Shown here: one piece after another, positions 41,324-53,597 of the stretch
Position numbering within the stretch: position 1 is the first letter of the stretch
Layout of the letters: every line of letters starts with the position of its first letter
Origin: Opitutales bacterium
GTDB taxonomy: Bacteria > Verrucomicrobiota > Verrucomicrobiia > Opitutales > PNEW01
Assembly: GCA_965197745.1 (NCBI GenBank)
Contig: CBDANS010000005.1
Coordinates: 128,001-192,000 of the forward strand
Length of the DNA: 64,000 bases
Reading direction: 5' to 3'
Position numbers and translations under genes: made by a program
Notes under the pieces: model-generated
Database searches by the model: none
Told to the model about the DNA's origin: nothing
Seen by the model: only the letters and a program-made list of their open reading frames with translations

Positions 41324-43120
41324 ATGGCTATTAACGAAAAAAAAGAGATTACAATCAAAGGAGTCGCGGCTTCACCGGGAGTGACTCATGGTCAAGCCTT
41401 TACCTTTTTGCAGAAAGAGTTGGAAGTGCCGACTTATGAGGTCGCGGAGAAGGATCGAAGTCGAGAAGTATTGCGATTTGAACAGGCCATCATGGAAACA
41501 AGAAAGCAGATAAATTCCATACGGACTGTAATTGCAGAAAAATTGGGAGAAGATGAAGCCAGTATTTTTGATGCCCACCAACTTGTTCTCGAAGATGCGG
41601 CATTGCTCGACGCGACGATACGTGAAGTCGAGGAAACCAGTTTAAACATAGAGCATTGTTTTCAAGAAATATCTAATCGATACATTACCGCTTTTGCTAA
41701 TATTGATGATGAATACATAAAGGAACGCGTGGCTGATATCCGCGATGTTACCCGTCGACTCCTGGGAAATCTTCTGGGACATTCGGATCTGGTCGAAGGC
41801 AAACTTACGGAGAAAAAAATTGTCGTAGCTGAGGATTTATCACCCTCTGATACAGCCAGCTTGGGAAAAAACCATCTCCTTGGTATTGCCACAGATAGGG
41901 GAAGTCGCACGAGTCACTCGGTGATCATGGCACGATCTCTGGAAATCCCTGCGGTGGTAGGGTTACACAATATATCATCACTCGTTCACACCGATGATAT
42001 TCTGCTGATCGACGGTTATAATGGCATCGTTATCATTAATCCTAGCGAACAAAGTCTCTATCAATATGGTCAAATCGAGCATGAACGACAAACGATCAAG
42101 AAAGTCTATAAAAAGGAATCCGACCTACCTGCCGAAACGCGTGATGGACATAAGATTGCGATTAGAGCAAACATTGAAGGATTTGAGGACACCGAGCGGC
42201 TAAAGGGAAGTGGGGCTGACGGAGTAGGGCTTTTCAGAACAGAGGGTATTTATTTAAGTGGCATCAATTTTCCTGACGAGGAGCAACAATATGAATCCTA
42301 TCGAAAGGTCGTGGCCGCCCTCAGCCCGAAGCTGGTTATTATACGCACCCTCGATCTGGGTGGCGACAAGGTTCGCACTCTTTTCACGGGAGGTGAAATA
42401 TCGCATTTAGGGAGCGCGGATTTACATGAAGAGAGCAATCCCTTTATGGGGCTTAGGGCCATTAGATTTTGCCTCGAAAATCCAGAGATTTTTAAGTGTC
42501 AACTGCGCGCCATTCTTAGAGCGGCAGCTCACGGGCAAGTCAAACTTATGTATCCCATGATCAGTAGTGTTGCTGAGCTTCGTGACGCCAATCGCCTTCT
42601 GGATGAATGTAAGGAAGAATTAAAGAATAACGATCATGAATATAATCCAGATGTTGAGTTGGGCATCATGATCGAAATTCCCAGCGCCGCAAGCACTGTC
42701 GATATCTTATCCGAACATTGTAATTTTATCAGTATAGGCACTAACGATCTCATCCAATATATGCTCGCGGTTGACCGTGTTAACGACAGTATTGCTCATC
42801 TATATGAACCCAATCATCCTGCGGTTGTACGCACCATAAAAAATATTATCGATGTGGCCCACGCAAAAGAACTGTCTGTCGCCATTTGTGGAGAGATGGC
42901 CAGCGATCCTATTTATACCATCCTCCTGGTGGGGCTCGGTGCCGATGAGCTCAGTGTAACAACAAGCTTTATTCCCGAGATAAAATACTTAATCCGACAA
43001 TTGAACAGATCCGATGTCGTAAAAATTGCCGAAGATATTCTCAAAATGGGTGAGCCCGACGAAATTTATGATACATTGCGTGATTTTTATCATCATTTAA
43101 TGGGTGAGGGGATAAAATAA
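41324..43120 (+). CDS. ptsI: PEP-protein phosphotransferase (PTS enzyme I)
   Basis: TSHSVIMAR (phospho-His), GLFRTE, RTLDLGGDK, NPFMGLRAIR, SIGTNDLIQY, CGEMA. Confidence 0.95.
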   Translation: MAINEKKEITIKGVAASPGVTHGQAFTFLQKELEVPTYEVAEKDRSREVLRFEQAIMETRKQINSIRTVIAEKLGEDEASIFDAHQLVLEDAALLDATIREVEETSLNIEHCFQEISNRYITAFANIDDEYIKERVADIRDVTRRLLGNLLGHSDLVEGKLTEKKIVVAEDLSPSDTASLGKNHLLGIATDRGSRTSHSVIMARSLEIPAVVGLHNISSLVHTDDILLIDGYNGIVIINPSEQSLYQYGQIEHERQTIKKVYKKESDLPAETRDGHKIAIRANIEGFEDTERLKGSGADGVGLFRTEGIYLSGINFPDEEQQYESYRKVVAALSPKLVIIRTLDLGGDKVRTLFTGGEISHLGSADLHEESNPFMGLRAIRFCLENPEIFKCQLRAILRAAAHGQVKLMYPMISSVAELRDANRLLDECKEELKNNDHEYNPDVELGIMIEIPSAASTVDILSEHCNFISIGTNDLIQYMLAVDRVNDSIAHLYEPNHPAVVRTIKNIIDVAHAKELSVAICGEMASDPIYTILLVGLGADELSVTTSFIPEIKYLIRQLNRSDVVKIAEDILKMGEPDEIYDTLRDFYHHLMGEGIK

Positions 43121-43166
43121 AATCTTTACCCCAAAACTATTTTGCAAATAAGGAGTGGATCAATAA

Positions 43167-44108
43167 TCAGGACCTGGCAGGTTTTAATCCACTTCCGAGT
43201 ATCGTTTCAAAATAGGGTTCTTCCTTTTCCTGGGTGATCACGTTTACTTCAACCTGTTTGAAGCCTACCTTTTTTAAATACTGGTAAAGGGTATTTTCCT
43301 TAAAGCCCAACCAGCGGTCGGCATAGAGATCATGAGCTTTTTCAAAATTATGCTCTTTCAGATCTATTATTATGACCTGGCCACCTGGTCTCAATATCCG
43401 GTATGATTCATTCAAGGCCTGAGGGGGGTGTTCAGCATGATGAAGAGCGTGACTTAATAAGGCGAGGTCAACAGAGGAATTCTTTAAAGGGACCTGTTCA
43501 ATATCACCGAGTTTGTATTGTAAATTATTAAAGCCGTTTTTAACCGCTAACCGGGTCCCCACTTCGCACATGCGTGGCGAGTTATCGATACAGATTACTT
43601 TTTTCGCTCGACGTGCGAGTAGTTGTGCGATCATCCCTTCACCCGCACCCAAATCAGCGATATCGATATGGGGTGTAAGATGAAGCAGAAAATGTCCAAT
43701 TGCTTCCCAAGAGCGGCCCGGGCAATATTTTTTTCCGAGGCGTCCGGCTATTTCATTGAAATATCGCTCGGTGGCTTTGCGGCGTTTCTCCAGAACACGT
43801 CTCAAGTTAATCTGGTCTTCCCTCATTTCTTTTACGCCGGCCATAGATTCACAGGCTGAGGCGATCAGTTTTTTTTGCAGATCAATGAGGTTATCATTCA
43901 GGGAATAATAGGTACGTTTGCCTTCTTTCCGGTCAACGACTATTTCACCCTGTCTCAAAAGCGCTAAATGTGACGATATGCGTGACTGTCCCATATCAAG
44001 GATTTCCTGCAGCTCTGCGACAGAAAGCTCTTCTTTTAAGAGGAGATTAATCAGCCGTAAACGTGTTGAATCTCCCAGCAGCTTGAGTATGTCCCTTGGA
44101 TCTATCAC
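43167..44108 (-). CDS. ArsR HTH-SAM methyltransferase fusion regulator (SahR-like architecture)
   Basis: ELSVAELQEIL.MGQSRISSHLALLR (ArsR) plus ADLGAGEG and RILRPGG (methyltransferase fold). GTG start at 44108 is a best guess. Confidence 0.88.
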   Translation of the reverse strand: MIDPRDILKLLGDSTRLRLINLLLKEELSVAELQEILDMGQSRISSHLALLRQGEIVVDRKEGKRTYYSLNDNLIDLQKKLIASACESMAGVKEMREDQINLRRVLEKRRKATERYFNEIAGRLGKKYCPGRSWEAIGHFLLHLTPHIDIADLGAGEGMIAQLLARRAKKVICIDNSPRMCEVGTRLAVKNGFNNLQYKLGDIEQVPLKNSSVDLALLSHALHHAEHPPQALNESYRILRPGGQVIIIDLKEHNFEKAHDLYADRWLGFKENTLYQYLKKVGFKQVEVNVITQEKEEPYFETILGSGLKPARS

Positions 44109-44229
44109 CCGGCAATATATCCAATCAAAAACGGGTGAGGTCAAGATTTCTGATCATCCTGACTAATCGGGATTACTCGTAATTACTAAATTAAATTACT
44201 CTTTTATGCAAAGAGGAATTACGGGGATC

Positions 44230-46086
44230 TTAATTTAAATCAATATATCGAGAAATCTTTTTAATCGTCCACTCGACTTCATTGTTATCAATATTAATTT
44301 TAACGGTGTCCCCTTGACGTTTGGAGATGAGGCTTTGTCCCAGCGGCGTTTCATAGGAAAGAATATTGTTCTCCGGGTTGCTGTCCCATGCTCCTAATAT
44401 AGAATAACTGACGGTGTTTCCGGTTGAAGCCTGGAGTAACTCAACAACAGCACCGACACCAACGACATCGGTGGGGGTGTCAGAAAAATCAGTGATCTGA
44501 GCTCGAGAAAGATCCATCTCGAGCTGCTCTTTTCGACTGAGCAAGGTGTCTTGGTCCTGGCGGGCCATTTTATATTCAGAATTCTCGCGTATGTCTCCGA
44601 GTTCACGCGCACTTGAAATGGCCTTTGTGTTCTCCGGGATCTTAACGTTGGTGAGTATTTCGTATTCCTTTTTTCGCGATTCAAAACTATCTTTTGAAAC
44701 GAGCAGGTAATCTTGTTCTTTACTGACTTTAATGTCGGTCAATAGATTTTGGACTGTGGGAAACTGCTTAATAAATCGTGCCAGGAGAGAATTTTTAGTG
44801 AGATTTTCAAAACCCTGATTAAGCATCAGGGTAGTGGCAAGATCTCCCGCTGTTTCGGAGTTAGCCGAGGATAATAATTCTGGTATTAATTCAGCATCTT
44901 CACTTAAAAAATCACCGAGAGGAACACGCCGGTTGCCCGCCGTTTGTAAAGCTTCATAATCTATGGCATAAAATATGGCATTGAGGAGACGCGGCGTCAT
45001 CAGATTTTCCAACATCGCTTGATACTTAGGAGAATGACGGTTTTTAACAATCCAGAGGAGAAGCGGTCCTTTAAGTGTTTGTTCATTTAACCACCGTTGT
45101 AAGGTTTCTCGTAATTTATCTTCCTCATTTTTATCAATGAGGAAATTAATACATTCACTGGTAAACTTGCCACTACTGTTTTTGAGCAGGTCCTGCATGA
45201 TTTTTTTCCAATCATCCGGGTAGCAGCGAGTGATGAGGTCGAGTAATCGTTTAAAATAACTGGAGGGGATTTGGGTAGCTAAATTAGTGAGATCTTTATT
45301 TTCGTAAATCATGGAGGCTGAGGTCGGCTCCAAAGTTTCGACATCTTCGTGAATATATCGGGCGAGATCATTGCGCACCCAGAGGCCTTGCAACCGTTCA
45401 CCTGAATTAAGATGGAGCGTTCCTCGTATGGCATCGGTGAGGCTTATAAGGACGTCAGGTAAATGTTGCTTAAGGTTTTCGTTTGAAACAGAAAGGCTTT
45501 GTAGTTTTTCGGCCAGGGATATTTTCTTTTTAGGCGCCTTAGTAGAGAAGAATTGTTCGAGGATTTCATCTTCAGGGGTTACCGGGTCATCACGCAAAAT
45601 ATAGGGGGCGGTTTTCTTTGCCGGTACCGCGATCCGAGGATCCTTAATGAGAAGTTTTTTCGTCGAGGTCCACCATTTCTTATAGCGTTTTTCTCCGAGC
45701 AAGCGGCTTAACTGTTTCTCCAATTCAGAATTAGTGGCGGCATTATTTGATTCGATCGATAGAATTTCTACAATCAGGTCGGCCGGTCTTTTTTTAATGA
45801 TTTCCTCAACCATTTCAGGATCTTCGCGATGACGTGCGATTATACTTTCAGATGACAATATATCGAGGCGATCAATACAAAATACAGGATCCATGGGATG
45901 GGCGGATTTACCGTCCTCAAAATCAATAATGAGTTTATTATCCGGGTTGTTGTATTCTGTAATTTTACCCAACCCCCAACTACGGTGAATACAGTAGGTT
46001 CCCGGTTGCATGGCCTCAAGTTTTCCCCTGGATGACTCTAATTGAGGATGTCTTTGGATAATTAAATCAATATCGTCTTTATTCAT
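44230..46086 (-). CDS. greA: Long-form transcription elongation factor GreA
   Basis: C-terminal ARELGDIRENSEYK, ILGAWDS, LSYETPLGQSL; about 460-aa N-terminal extension. Confidence 0.88.
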   Translation of the reverse strand: MNKDDIDLIIQRHPQLESSRGKLEAMQPGTYCIHRSWGLGKITEYNNPDNKLIIDFEDGKSAHPMDPVFCIDRLDILSSESIIARHREDPEMVEEIIKKRPADLIVEILSIESNNAATNSELEKQLSRLLGEKRYKKWWTSTKKLLIKDPRIAVPAKKTAPYILRDDPVTPEDEILEQFFSTKAPKKKISLAEKLQSLSVSNENLKQHLPDVLISLTDAIRGTLHLNSGERLQGLWVRNDLARYIHEDVETLEPTSASMIYENKDLTNLATQIPSSYFKRLLDLITRCYPDDWKKIMQDLLKNSSGKFTSECINFLIDKNEEDKLRETLQRWLNEQTLKGPLLLWIVKNRHSPKYQAMLENLMTPRLLNAIFYAIDYEALQTAGNRRVPLGDFLSEDAELIPELLSSANSETAGDLATTLMLNQGFENLTKNSLLARFIKQFPTVQNLLTDIKVSKEQDYLLVSKDSFESRKKEYEILTNVKIPENTKAISSARELGDIRENSEYKMARQDQDTLLSRKEQLEMDLSRAQITDFSDTPTDVVGVGAVVELLQASTGNTVSYSILGAWDSNPENNILSYETPLGQSLISKRQGDTVKINIDNNEVEWTIKKISRYIDLN

Positions 46087-46169
46087 AATGATACATTGTC
46101 TAATATAGAGATATGCCTGGAGCTATATCAGAATTCCAGTTAAGGGGATGAGCTGAATTTAACCGGAAT

Positions 46170-47474
46170 ATGAGAAATTTTTCTAATTCATCCAAAAGCG
46201 GATGGCAGAGAGCCATAATTATCAGCGAATCCTACCTCATAAAACCGGTTAAGGTGGATAAGCTCATCGCAGGTCACTATTCCGATCTTTCCGTTATAGA
46301 ACGACGTCGTTGCCATTATCTGCTATTTGGTATGCTGAGAAATTTACGTTTAATTGAGTTTGCGCTAAGCAAGTTATTATCAAAGGAGCCCAGACCTCTA
46401 TTAAAGTCAATTCTTTTTATCGGAGCAACTGAAATCCTCTTAGCAGACTCATCTTTAGTCCCTAAAATAATTCATCATGCGGTAAAACAGGCTAAATATT
46501 GTGTTAGTTTAAAAGAAAGCGGGATGGTGAATGCGGTCCTGCGTAAATTTCCCGCTGTTATCCGGGCAACACAGGCTTCAGAAATAGATACGATTGAACA
46601 TTTGTCACTCCTCAATAGTCACCCGGAGTGGTTAGTGCGACGCTGGGAAATCCAGTTTGGTCTGAATAAAACGAAACACCTGCTTAATTGGAACCAGCGT
46701 CCATCCCCTGTTTACGTTCGCATCACTGAATCTGAGAATAGAGAACTGGAAGGATCTTTGTCTCCCACCAACTGGCCAGACTTTTTTCTCGTTAAGAATG
46801 ATCAATGGGCGCCCATTGAGGATTTGGTTAATGCCGGTAGGGCTTATGTTATGGATCCCGCCAGCCGTTTGCCGACTGCCTTGCTCGATGTTCAGCCCCA
46901 TGAAACCGTTCTCGACCTGTGTGCTTCACCCGGGGGAAAAAGTATTTTATTAGGAGAGCAACTTAGCGGGAATGGGGGACAGCTGGTTTGTCTTGATTTG
47001 CCAGGTCCAAGACTGGACCTCTTAAAAAAGAATTTAGTAGAATCCCGAGATATCCGATGCGATTTTATTGGAGCCGATCTTTTGGAAACAACACCTGATG
47101 ATTTAAGATCGTGGGGAATGCCCAATAGCTATGACGCTGTTTTGATTGATGCCCCGTGTAGTAATACGGGTGTGCTTCGCCGTAGACCCGACGCTAAATG
47201 GAGACTTTGCATAGACGATATAAAAAGCGCAGCTGATGAACAATTAAAGATGCTTGAATGTGCTTCTGCATTTGTTCGATCTGGGGGTCGTCTCGTCTAT
47301 AGCACATGTAGTATTGAGCGGGAAGAAAATGAGGATTTAATCAGCCGTTTCCTTTCACAATATTCCAATACATGGTGTTTAATGAAAAAAGCAATCAGCC
47401 ATCCCTGGAATAATAATCATGACGGTGGAGCCGCTTTTCTTTTGAAAAAAGACGCGACATTCCCATTGGGTTGA
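46170..47474 (+). CDS. rsmB: RsmB/NOP2-type RNA m5C methyltransferase with NusB-like N-terminus
   Basis: SHPEWL, DLCASPGGKS, DAPCSNTG, YSTCS. Confidence 0.88.
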   Translation: MRNFSNSSKSGWQRAIIISESYLIKPVKVDKLIAGHYSDLSVIERRRCHYLLFGMLRNLRLIEFALSKLLSKEPRPLLKSILFIGATEILLADSSLVPKIIHHAVKQAKYCVSLKESGMVNAVLRKFPAVIRATQASEIDTIEHLSLLNSHPEWLVRRWEIQFGLNKTKHLLNWNQRPSPVYVRITESENRELEGSLSPTNWPDFFLVKNDQWAPIEDLVNAGRAYVMDPASRLPTALLDVQPHETVLDLCASPGGKSILLGEQLSGNGGQLVCLDLPGPRLDLLKKNLVESRDIRCDFIGADLLETTPDDLRSWGMPNSYDAVLIDAPCSNTGVLRRRPDAKWRLCIDDIKSAADEQLKMLECASAFVRSGGRLVYSTCSIEREENEDLISRFLSQYSNTWCLMKKAISHPWNNNHDGGAAFLLKKDATFPLG

Positions 47475-47523
47475 AGGGATCCATGATCGCGCTGAAAAGC
47501 GCGATAGAAGTCTGTGGATATTT

Positions 47524-47820
47524 TCAGGTCTTAAATTTACTGGGACCTTCTTTACCCGCAACTCGGTGATAAGTTCCCGTCAGTTTATCGCGTTCATACT
47601 TTGTGAAACCTGCTTTTTCCACATTTTTATTCTCGAGTTTATTTGCGGTTTGCCAAGGAGTATATTTTTTAGAAATATTTGGGGGCAGGTAAATACGTCT
47701 TACGGGTTCACCTGTGAGCGGATGTTTTGATAAAGGTTCGGCCGTCATGGGCTGCTCAATTTCGAAGATTTCTCCTTCGGAATCATCATCGACAATCACC
47801 TCGTAAACGTAAATTGGCAT
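47524..47820 (-). CDS. FmdB-family regulatory-like small protein lacking cysteines
   Basis: MPIYVYE...FEIEQPM...PLSKHPLTGEPVRR. Confidence 0.75.
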   Translation of the reverse strand: MPIYVYEVIVDDDSEGEIFEIEQPMTAEPLSKHPLTGEPVRRIYLPPNISKKYTPWQTANKLENKNVEKAGFTKYERDKLTGTYHRVAGKEGPSKFKT

Positions 47821-48154
47821 AATATAAAAGTAAGTCGTTCAATATATATTAATTTTAAAACAAATCAATGTGATTACCAATGGTTCATTAATAAAGATTA
47901 TTGTATTTTGAATGTGAATGATAATAGTATTCTTTTGCTCTTCTTCGCTAGACCATTTACTCATTGACTGTTATCATTCAATAAATGATAATTGGACCTT
48001 AGTCCTGCGGTAACTTTTGATCTTTTTTTTTAAATCTCAATGCCATTTTATAAATTCTCTTTTTAGGTATTTATAGTATAATCTAATTATCGATAATATC
48101 CTAACAGGGAAGAACCATTAATATAGGTTCTTATTATTTTATTATACAGTATAC

Positions 48155-50653
48155 ATGGATGACGGATCGAATATAGAAGCATTGCCTGAAACGCCTCTCG
48201 AGTGGGGCCTTTTCATGGCAAAACTATTAGGCGTTGTTGTTATCTATTGTGCCATAGCCGGAATCGGACTGGATTTGGCATTGTGGGATAATTATGCGCC
48301 ACTCATATGGCCACCCGCTGGGTTTTCCTTCGCTCTTATTGCCCTCTTTGGTTATCGTTATCTTCCCGCCATTGCCGTGGGCTCTTTCCTCGTCTATTAT
48401 TTACAGGATAGTGGGATAATATATTCACTCGGTGTGGCTTTTGCCTATACCCTGAGCACGACCTTTGCCATCTACGTTTTAAAGAAATTCTGTTCCTTTC
48501 AGGATTCTGCTGAACGCATAAATGATGTGCTTTACTTCATGGCTATTGCGGTGCTTCTCAGCACCCTCTTAAGTTCTATTATAAGTTCATCTTTATTGTG
48601 TCAGTTAAATCCCGAATTCTGGTACGACTTTAAGCGTATCTGGTTAATAAGATGGCTGAGTGATGCTATTGGGATGATTGTGGTAGGGCCCTTTCTTTTA
48701 GTCTGGTTTTCCCACACGCATATCACCTGGACTAACCGTCAGGCCGCTGAGGTCCTGGGATGGCTTATTACCCTGATTTTTATATCGCTCATGGTTTTTC
48801 GTAATTGGGCTCCCATTGACACCCTGCAATATCCACTGGAGTTGGCTTTGTTTCCCATCCTCGCCTGGTCCGCTATTCGGTTTGGCCAGCGCGGGGCTAC
48901 TACGGGAATTATCATTATATCTTTAATTGCGGTCTGGGAGCTGAAAGATGTTGTCGGCCCGGACGCCACTAAATTTCATACTCAACCCCCTCCCTATTTG
49001 TGGGTTTTCCTGGGTGTTCTTTCAGCCACCGCCATGTTTCTCGCGGCTATTTTAACGGAGCACAAATACCGCGAAGATCTTATTCGTGCCAATGAACAAC
49101 GCTTGCGTGCTTTCATAAATGCGATGCCCGACAGTGCATTTGTGATATCAGGTAACGGCCGTTTTCTTGAAGTATTTGCCTCGCCGGACAGCATTTTTAA
49201 CGGGCAGGAAGATACTTTGATTGGGCACCGTTTTGAAGATTTGTACCCGAGTGAAAAATCGGATTTATTTAATCAAACATTGGTGAAAACAATCAACAGT
49301 GCGCAACTGCAGGTCATTGAATACTCATTGCTCTTTGAGGATAGGGAGCATTGGTTTGAAGGACGGTTGGCCCCCATTAATCCTTACGAAAACAGTGAAA
49401 ATCTGGTCATTTGGATGGCCCATGATATTACCGCCCGCAAAGAAGCAGAGGAACAATTAAAACAGGCTAAAGAAGCTGCGGACTCAGCGAATAAAGCAAA
49501 AAGTGACTTTCTTGCAATGATGAGTCATGAAATTCGAACTCCCATGAATGCCATACTTGGTTTTGCCGATCTTCTCGAACGGACGGAAATGGAATCAGGG
49601 CAACGGGATTACCTCAAGATAATAAATCGAAGTGGTAGATCCCTTCTCGATTTGATAAATAATATTCTTGATTTTTCAAAGATTGAATCACGCGGCATTG
49701 AATTGGAAAATACCGTTTTCCGACTGGAAGATACTCTCCTCGAAGTTCTCGATCTCGTTCTTGTTAAGGCCAAGGATAAAGGTATTACGCTCGATTATAA
49801 TATAGACGATTCGAGTGAAGGTTACTTTATTGGTGATTCTCACCGCTTGCATCAGATCATCCTTAACCTCGTCAACAATGCCGTAAAATTTACGAGTGAA
49901 GGTGAAATTAAGGTTAATATTACATCACACGTCACGGAAGAGAACAGGTGGATGTTAGAATTTGCGGTTAAAGATACTGGAATTGGTATCCCCCAGGAAA
50001 AAATCGATCGGCTCTTCAAACCTTTTTCTCAAGTTGACTCTTCGACCACACGGCAATATGGAGGAACAGGTCTTGGGCTTGTCATTTGTAAGCGCTTGTG
50101 TGAAAAAATGGGTGGCGATATATGGGTTGAAAGCAAAGCCAATGAGGGTTCCACTTTCTGTTTTAATATTGAAGTCCTAGGCGCTTCAGCGCCCAAAGAA
50201 GAAACGGAAACGGTATCCTCTTCGGACTCGACTGATGCCAGTGGTCTATCCATAGACTATCCTCTCAAAATTCTCGTGGCTGAAGACGACCAGGTTAATC
50301 AGCACCTCATCCTTGAAATGCTTAAAGAAATCGGCTACTCGGGAGACCTCGCGGAGGATGGGGAGGAAACATTGAGTATGAGCAGTAAAAATGATTATGA
50401 GGTAATACTTCTGGACGTGAGAATGCCTGGAATTGATGGCATGGAAGTAACACGTCGTATTCGCAAAGGTGATTGTGGTGATAATAAAAAAGATATCTAC
50501 ATTATTGCGACTACAGCTTCGGCCCTTAATATTGATCGTGAAAAATGTTTATCAGTGGGAATGAATGATTACCTGTCAAAGCCCATACTTATTTCTCAAC
50601 TCAAAGAGTCACTTATTAATGCATTTGATGTCACAAAATCGCGAACGGTTTAA
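48155..50653 (+). CDS. Hybrid sensor histidine kinase: MASE1-PAS-HisKA-HATPase-REC
   Basis: IWPPAG (MASE1) and several TM segments; [29 protein letters not shown]; receiver EDD..LLDVRMP..KP. Confidence 0.93.
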   Translation: MDDGSNIEALPETPLEWGLFMAKLLGVVVIYCAIAGIGLDLALWDNYAPLIWPPAGFSFALIALFGYRYLPAIAVGSFLVYYLQDSGIIYSLGVAFAYTLSTTFAIYVLKKFCSFQDSAERINDVLYFMAIAVLLSTLLSSIISSSLLCQLNPEFWYDFKRIWLIRWLSDAIGMIVVGPFLLVWFSHTHITWTNRQAAEVLGWLITLIFISLMVFRNWAPIDTLQYPLELALFPILAWSAIRFGQRGATTGIIIISLIAVWELKDVVGPDATKFHTQPPPYLWVFLGVLSATAMFLAAILTEHKYREDLIRANEQRLRAFINAMPDSAFVISGNGRFLEVFASPDSIFNGQEDTLIGHRFEDLYPSEKSDLFNQTLVKTINSAQLQVIEYSLLFEDREHWFEGRLAPINPYENSENLVIWMAHDITARKEAEEQLKQAKEAADSANKAKSDFLAMMSHEIRTPMNAILGFADLLERTEMESGQRDYLKIINRSGRSLLDLINNILDFSKIESRGIELENTVFRLEDTLLEVLDLVLVKAKDKGITLDYNIDDSSEGYFIGDSHRLHQIILNLVNNAVKFTSEGEIKVNITSHVTEENRWMLEFAVKDTGIGIPQEKIDRLFKPFSQVDSSTTRQYGGTGLGLVICKRLCEKMGGDIWVESKANEGSTFCFNIEVLGASAPKEETETVSSSDSTDASGLSIDYPLKILVAEDDQVNQHLILEMLKEIGYSGDLAEDGEETLSMSSKNDYEVILLDVRMPGIDGMEVTRRIRKGDCGDNKKDIYIIATTASALNIDREKCLSVGMNDYLSKPILISQLKESLINAFDVTKSRTV

Positions 50654-51039
50654 TGGAAATTTTATCTTTGACCTGTTTCAGCTTGAGCGTTTTGTCCTGA
50701 TACCATCATTAGTTATATTGGCGTCGTGCATTCTCATGGCATCCTGAAGTCCCTGAGTAATGCTTCCGGTTATGAGGGATTATTATTTCTCCCCTTTGTT
50801 ATTATTAATATTTTCACGGTTAAATACGAAGCAAAACTGCGTTATCCATGATTGTATCTTGATATTTTTTGAGGAAACGTTAAAACACTAGATAGTCATG
50901 AGGAAAAATTTATAGAATTGTAGGCTAGCTAAATTGAAGGTTAGAATAAATCCGGCGCACAGTAATAGATTATAGTAACAAGGTTGAATTCGAAAATAGG
51001 GAAAAACTATCTCGCTGTAGAGCCCATCACTTATAAATA

Positions 51040-53597
51040 ATGAAAAGGAAAGTATTATTACCTCAGTTTTCTTTCGGGAGCTTATTGTTTATTCTTCTCC
51101 TCGTATCATTACTCATTGACATATTTCCCTCGTTGCTAAAAACGGTTGAAGCTGATCCAAGATTAGTTCTCTCAAGTTTTGTTATCATCGTTTTGTTTCT
51201 GGTGATGATGGATTTTCGGAATCGGAAAAGCCGACTGCAAAGACTGTCCATCGTTGCTGATTCAATTGGCCAGGGAAACTACCAGTCGCGATCGGATGAT
51301 AAGACAAAGGATTCACTGGGGACTCTTGCTGTTTCCGTTAATCAGATGGCTGAAAAAATCCAAATTTCAATATCGGAACAGGAAGATGCGCAGATAAATA
51401 TCGAAGATTCTCGGGCCAAGTTAGAAGAACAGAACAGGGAACTTTCTCTTGCTGTAGAAAGGCAGGAAGAATTTAGTGAGTTTCTCTCGAATATCGCCTC
51501 GATAGATATCAATACCATCGCCGATACGGCAATGGGTTATCTCATGGCTATCTCGAACAGTCAGTTTGGCTTATTTTATATTTTTGATGATGAAAAGAAA
51601 GAGTTGGTTTTAATATCACAGAAAAGCGTGGACCAAAAATTTTTGCGCAGTTTTATTCACGATGAATTATTGAAGAAGCTTCCTCAAGAACTGATGAGCA
51701 AGAAGAAGTGGATTAATATAGATGATATGGATGCGAACACCTTGCCCGAAATAAACCTGGGGTTTACGAAAGCTAAATTGAGAAATATTTTTGGAATACC
51801 AGTCCTTTTTCAGGATAAATATCTCGGTTCCGTTATTCTGGCGGGATTGGGTAAAGTAGATACAGCAACACGTCAGCATATATCCAATCATATTGAAGTG
51901 CTCGCGAATTCACTGGTTAACGCCACTACCTATCAATCGGTGCAGAATCAGTCTGTTCAATTGGAAGATGCGAATCAGGAACTGCTTGTGGCGCATAAAC
52001 AAAAAAGCGAATTTGTGGCTAATATGAGCCATGAACTGCGCACCCCCTTAATTCCATAATCGGTTTTTCCGGTATTCTCACGAAAAACCGAAAGGGTAAT
52101 CTGGAATCAACAGATATCAATCGAGTTGAAAAGATAAATAAGAATGGAAAGCATTTATTATCTTTAATCAATGATATCCTCGATCTCTCAAAAATTGAGA
52201 CGGGCAAGATGGATTTTGTGATCGAAGAAACAAATTTGGCCATCGTTATACGAGACGTAGTTGAAATGCTGCAACCTCAGAGTGACGCCAGGGGGTTAGA
52301 ATTAAAAAGTGTGATTTCGGATTCCGAGATTAATATGGAGACAGACGGTCACAAATTAAAGCAGGTATTAATCAACATGGTTAGTAACGCCGTAAAGTTT
52401 ACCAGTGAGGGATCGGTTACCGTGCATTGCGTCTTGGAAGATGCGGAATCAAAAAAAGTAAGTATTAGAGTTGTAGATACCGGTATTGGAATTAAACCGG
52501 AAAAGATAAATGTTATATTTGAGGCCTACTCTCAGGCGGAAGATACGACGACACGAGATTTTGGGGGAACCGGCCTGGGGCTGACTATATCTCGTAATAT
52601 TATTGAACAGCTCGGTGGAACGATGGGGGTAACGAGTGAAGAGGGTGTGGGGAGCACCTTTTTCATAGATTTTGAAGGGGGGGCTCCTGCGTCAAATTCT
52701 TCCAGAAAAAAAATCGTTAAAAAAGTAGAGAAACATGTTGAAACACCGAAAGAAACTGAAGCTCTCAAAGGGGATGATGAGAAGACACCCGCGGTTGATA
52801 ACACAACAGAGGGTAAAGAAATTTACCTGGCAAAGGATGGGATTGGGGCATTAACGAGTAATACCGATTCAAAAGAGGCTTTAAAAAATATTCTGCCTGT
52901 TTCTCCGGGGAAACGTATTTTGATAGTAGATGACGATCCGGATGCTCGTGAATTTATTGGAAATTATGTTAAAGAGATGGGGGCTGATTACCGGGAGTGT
53001 GGAGAACCTGAAAAATTATTTGAGGTCATCAGTGATTATAAACCGGATCTTGTTACTTTGGATATAATGATGCCTCAGATCAATGGATTGGAACTGCTGA
53101 TGCAGATGAAAAATAAACCGGAGATTTCTCATATCTCCGTTATCATCATCAGCATGGTCTCAGATACCAATCGAAACAAAGCGATTTCCCTCGGAGCCAT
53201 AGACGCTTTGACCAAACCGGTCATTCAATCTGATTTTCTCAATTGCATTCAAAGGTCATTGAACTCCGATAAAATTGTAAATAGAAAAATATTAATCATT
53301 GACGATTTAGCGGATTATCAGGATTTAATGAAATCATGGTTGAATGAAAATAGTAATGTCATACAAACCGCATCCAACGGAGTTGAAGCATTTAAAGTCT
53401 TGGAGTCGTTTATCCCTGATATTATTTTTCTAGATTTGATAATGCCGGTTATGGATGGGCTAACGTTCTTAAAAGAATTTCGCTCAGTAGAGAAATATTC
53501 TAATATTCCGGTAATTGTTGTTACGGCCAAAGATCTCACCCCGGAAGATCGTAAGTGGATCAGGAGCCGTGCCGATAATATTTTTTCAAAAGGCTGA
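51040..53597 (+). pseudogene. Hybrid histidine kinase (TM-HAMP-GAF-HisKA-HATPase-REC-REC) split by a 1-nt deletion just after the H-box
   Basis: NMSHELRTPL continues in the next frame as NSIIGFSGIL...LLSLINDILDLSKIETGKMD into ORF 52209. The lesion is at the C5 run 52043-52047 or the adjacent bases. Confidence 0.85.

Noticed and set aside
44135..44160. SahR-type operator upstream of the ArsR-methyltransferase gene
   Set aside because: Only a weak ATCA..TGAC palindrome that overlaps a likely -35 element; not distinguishable from chance.
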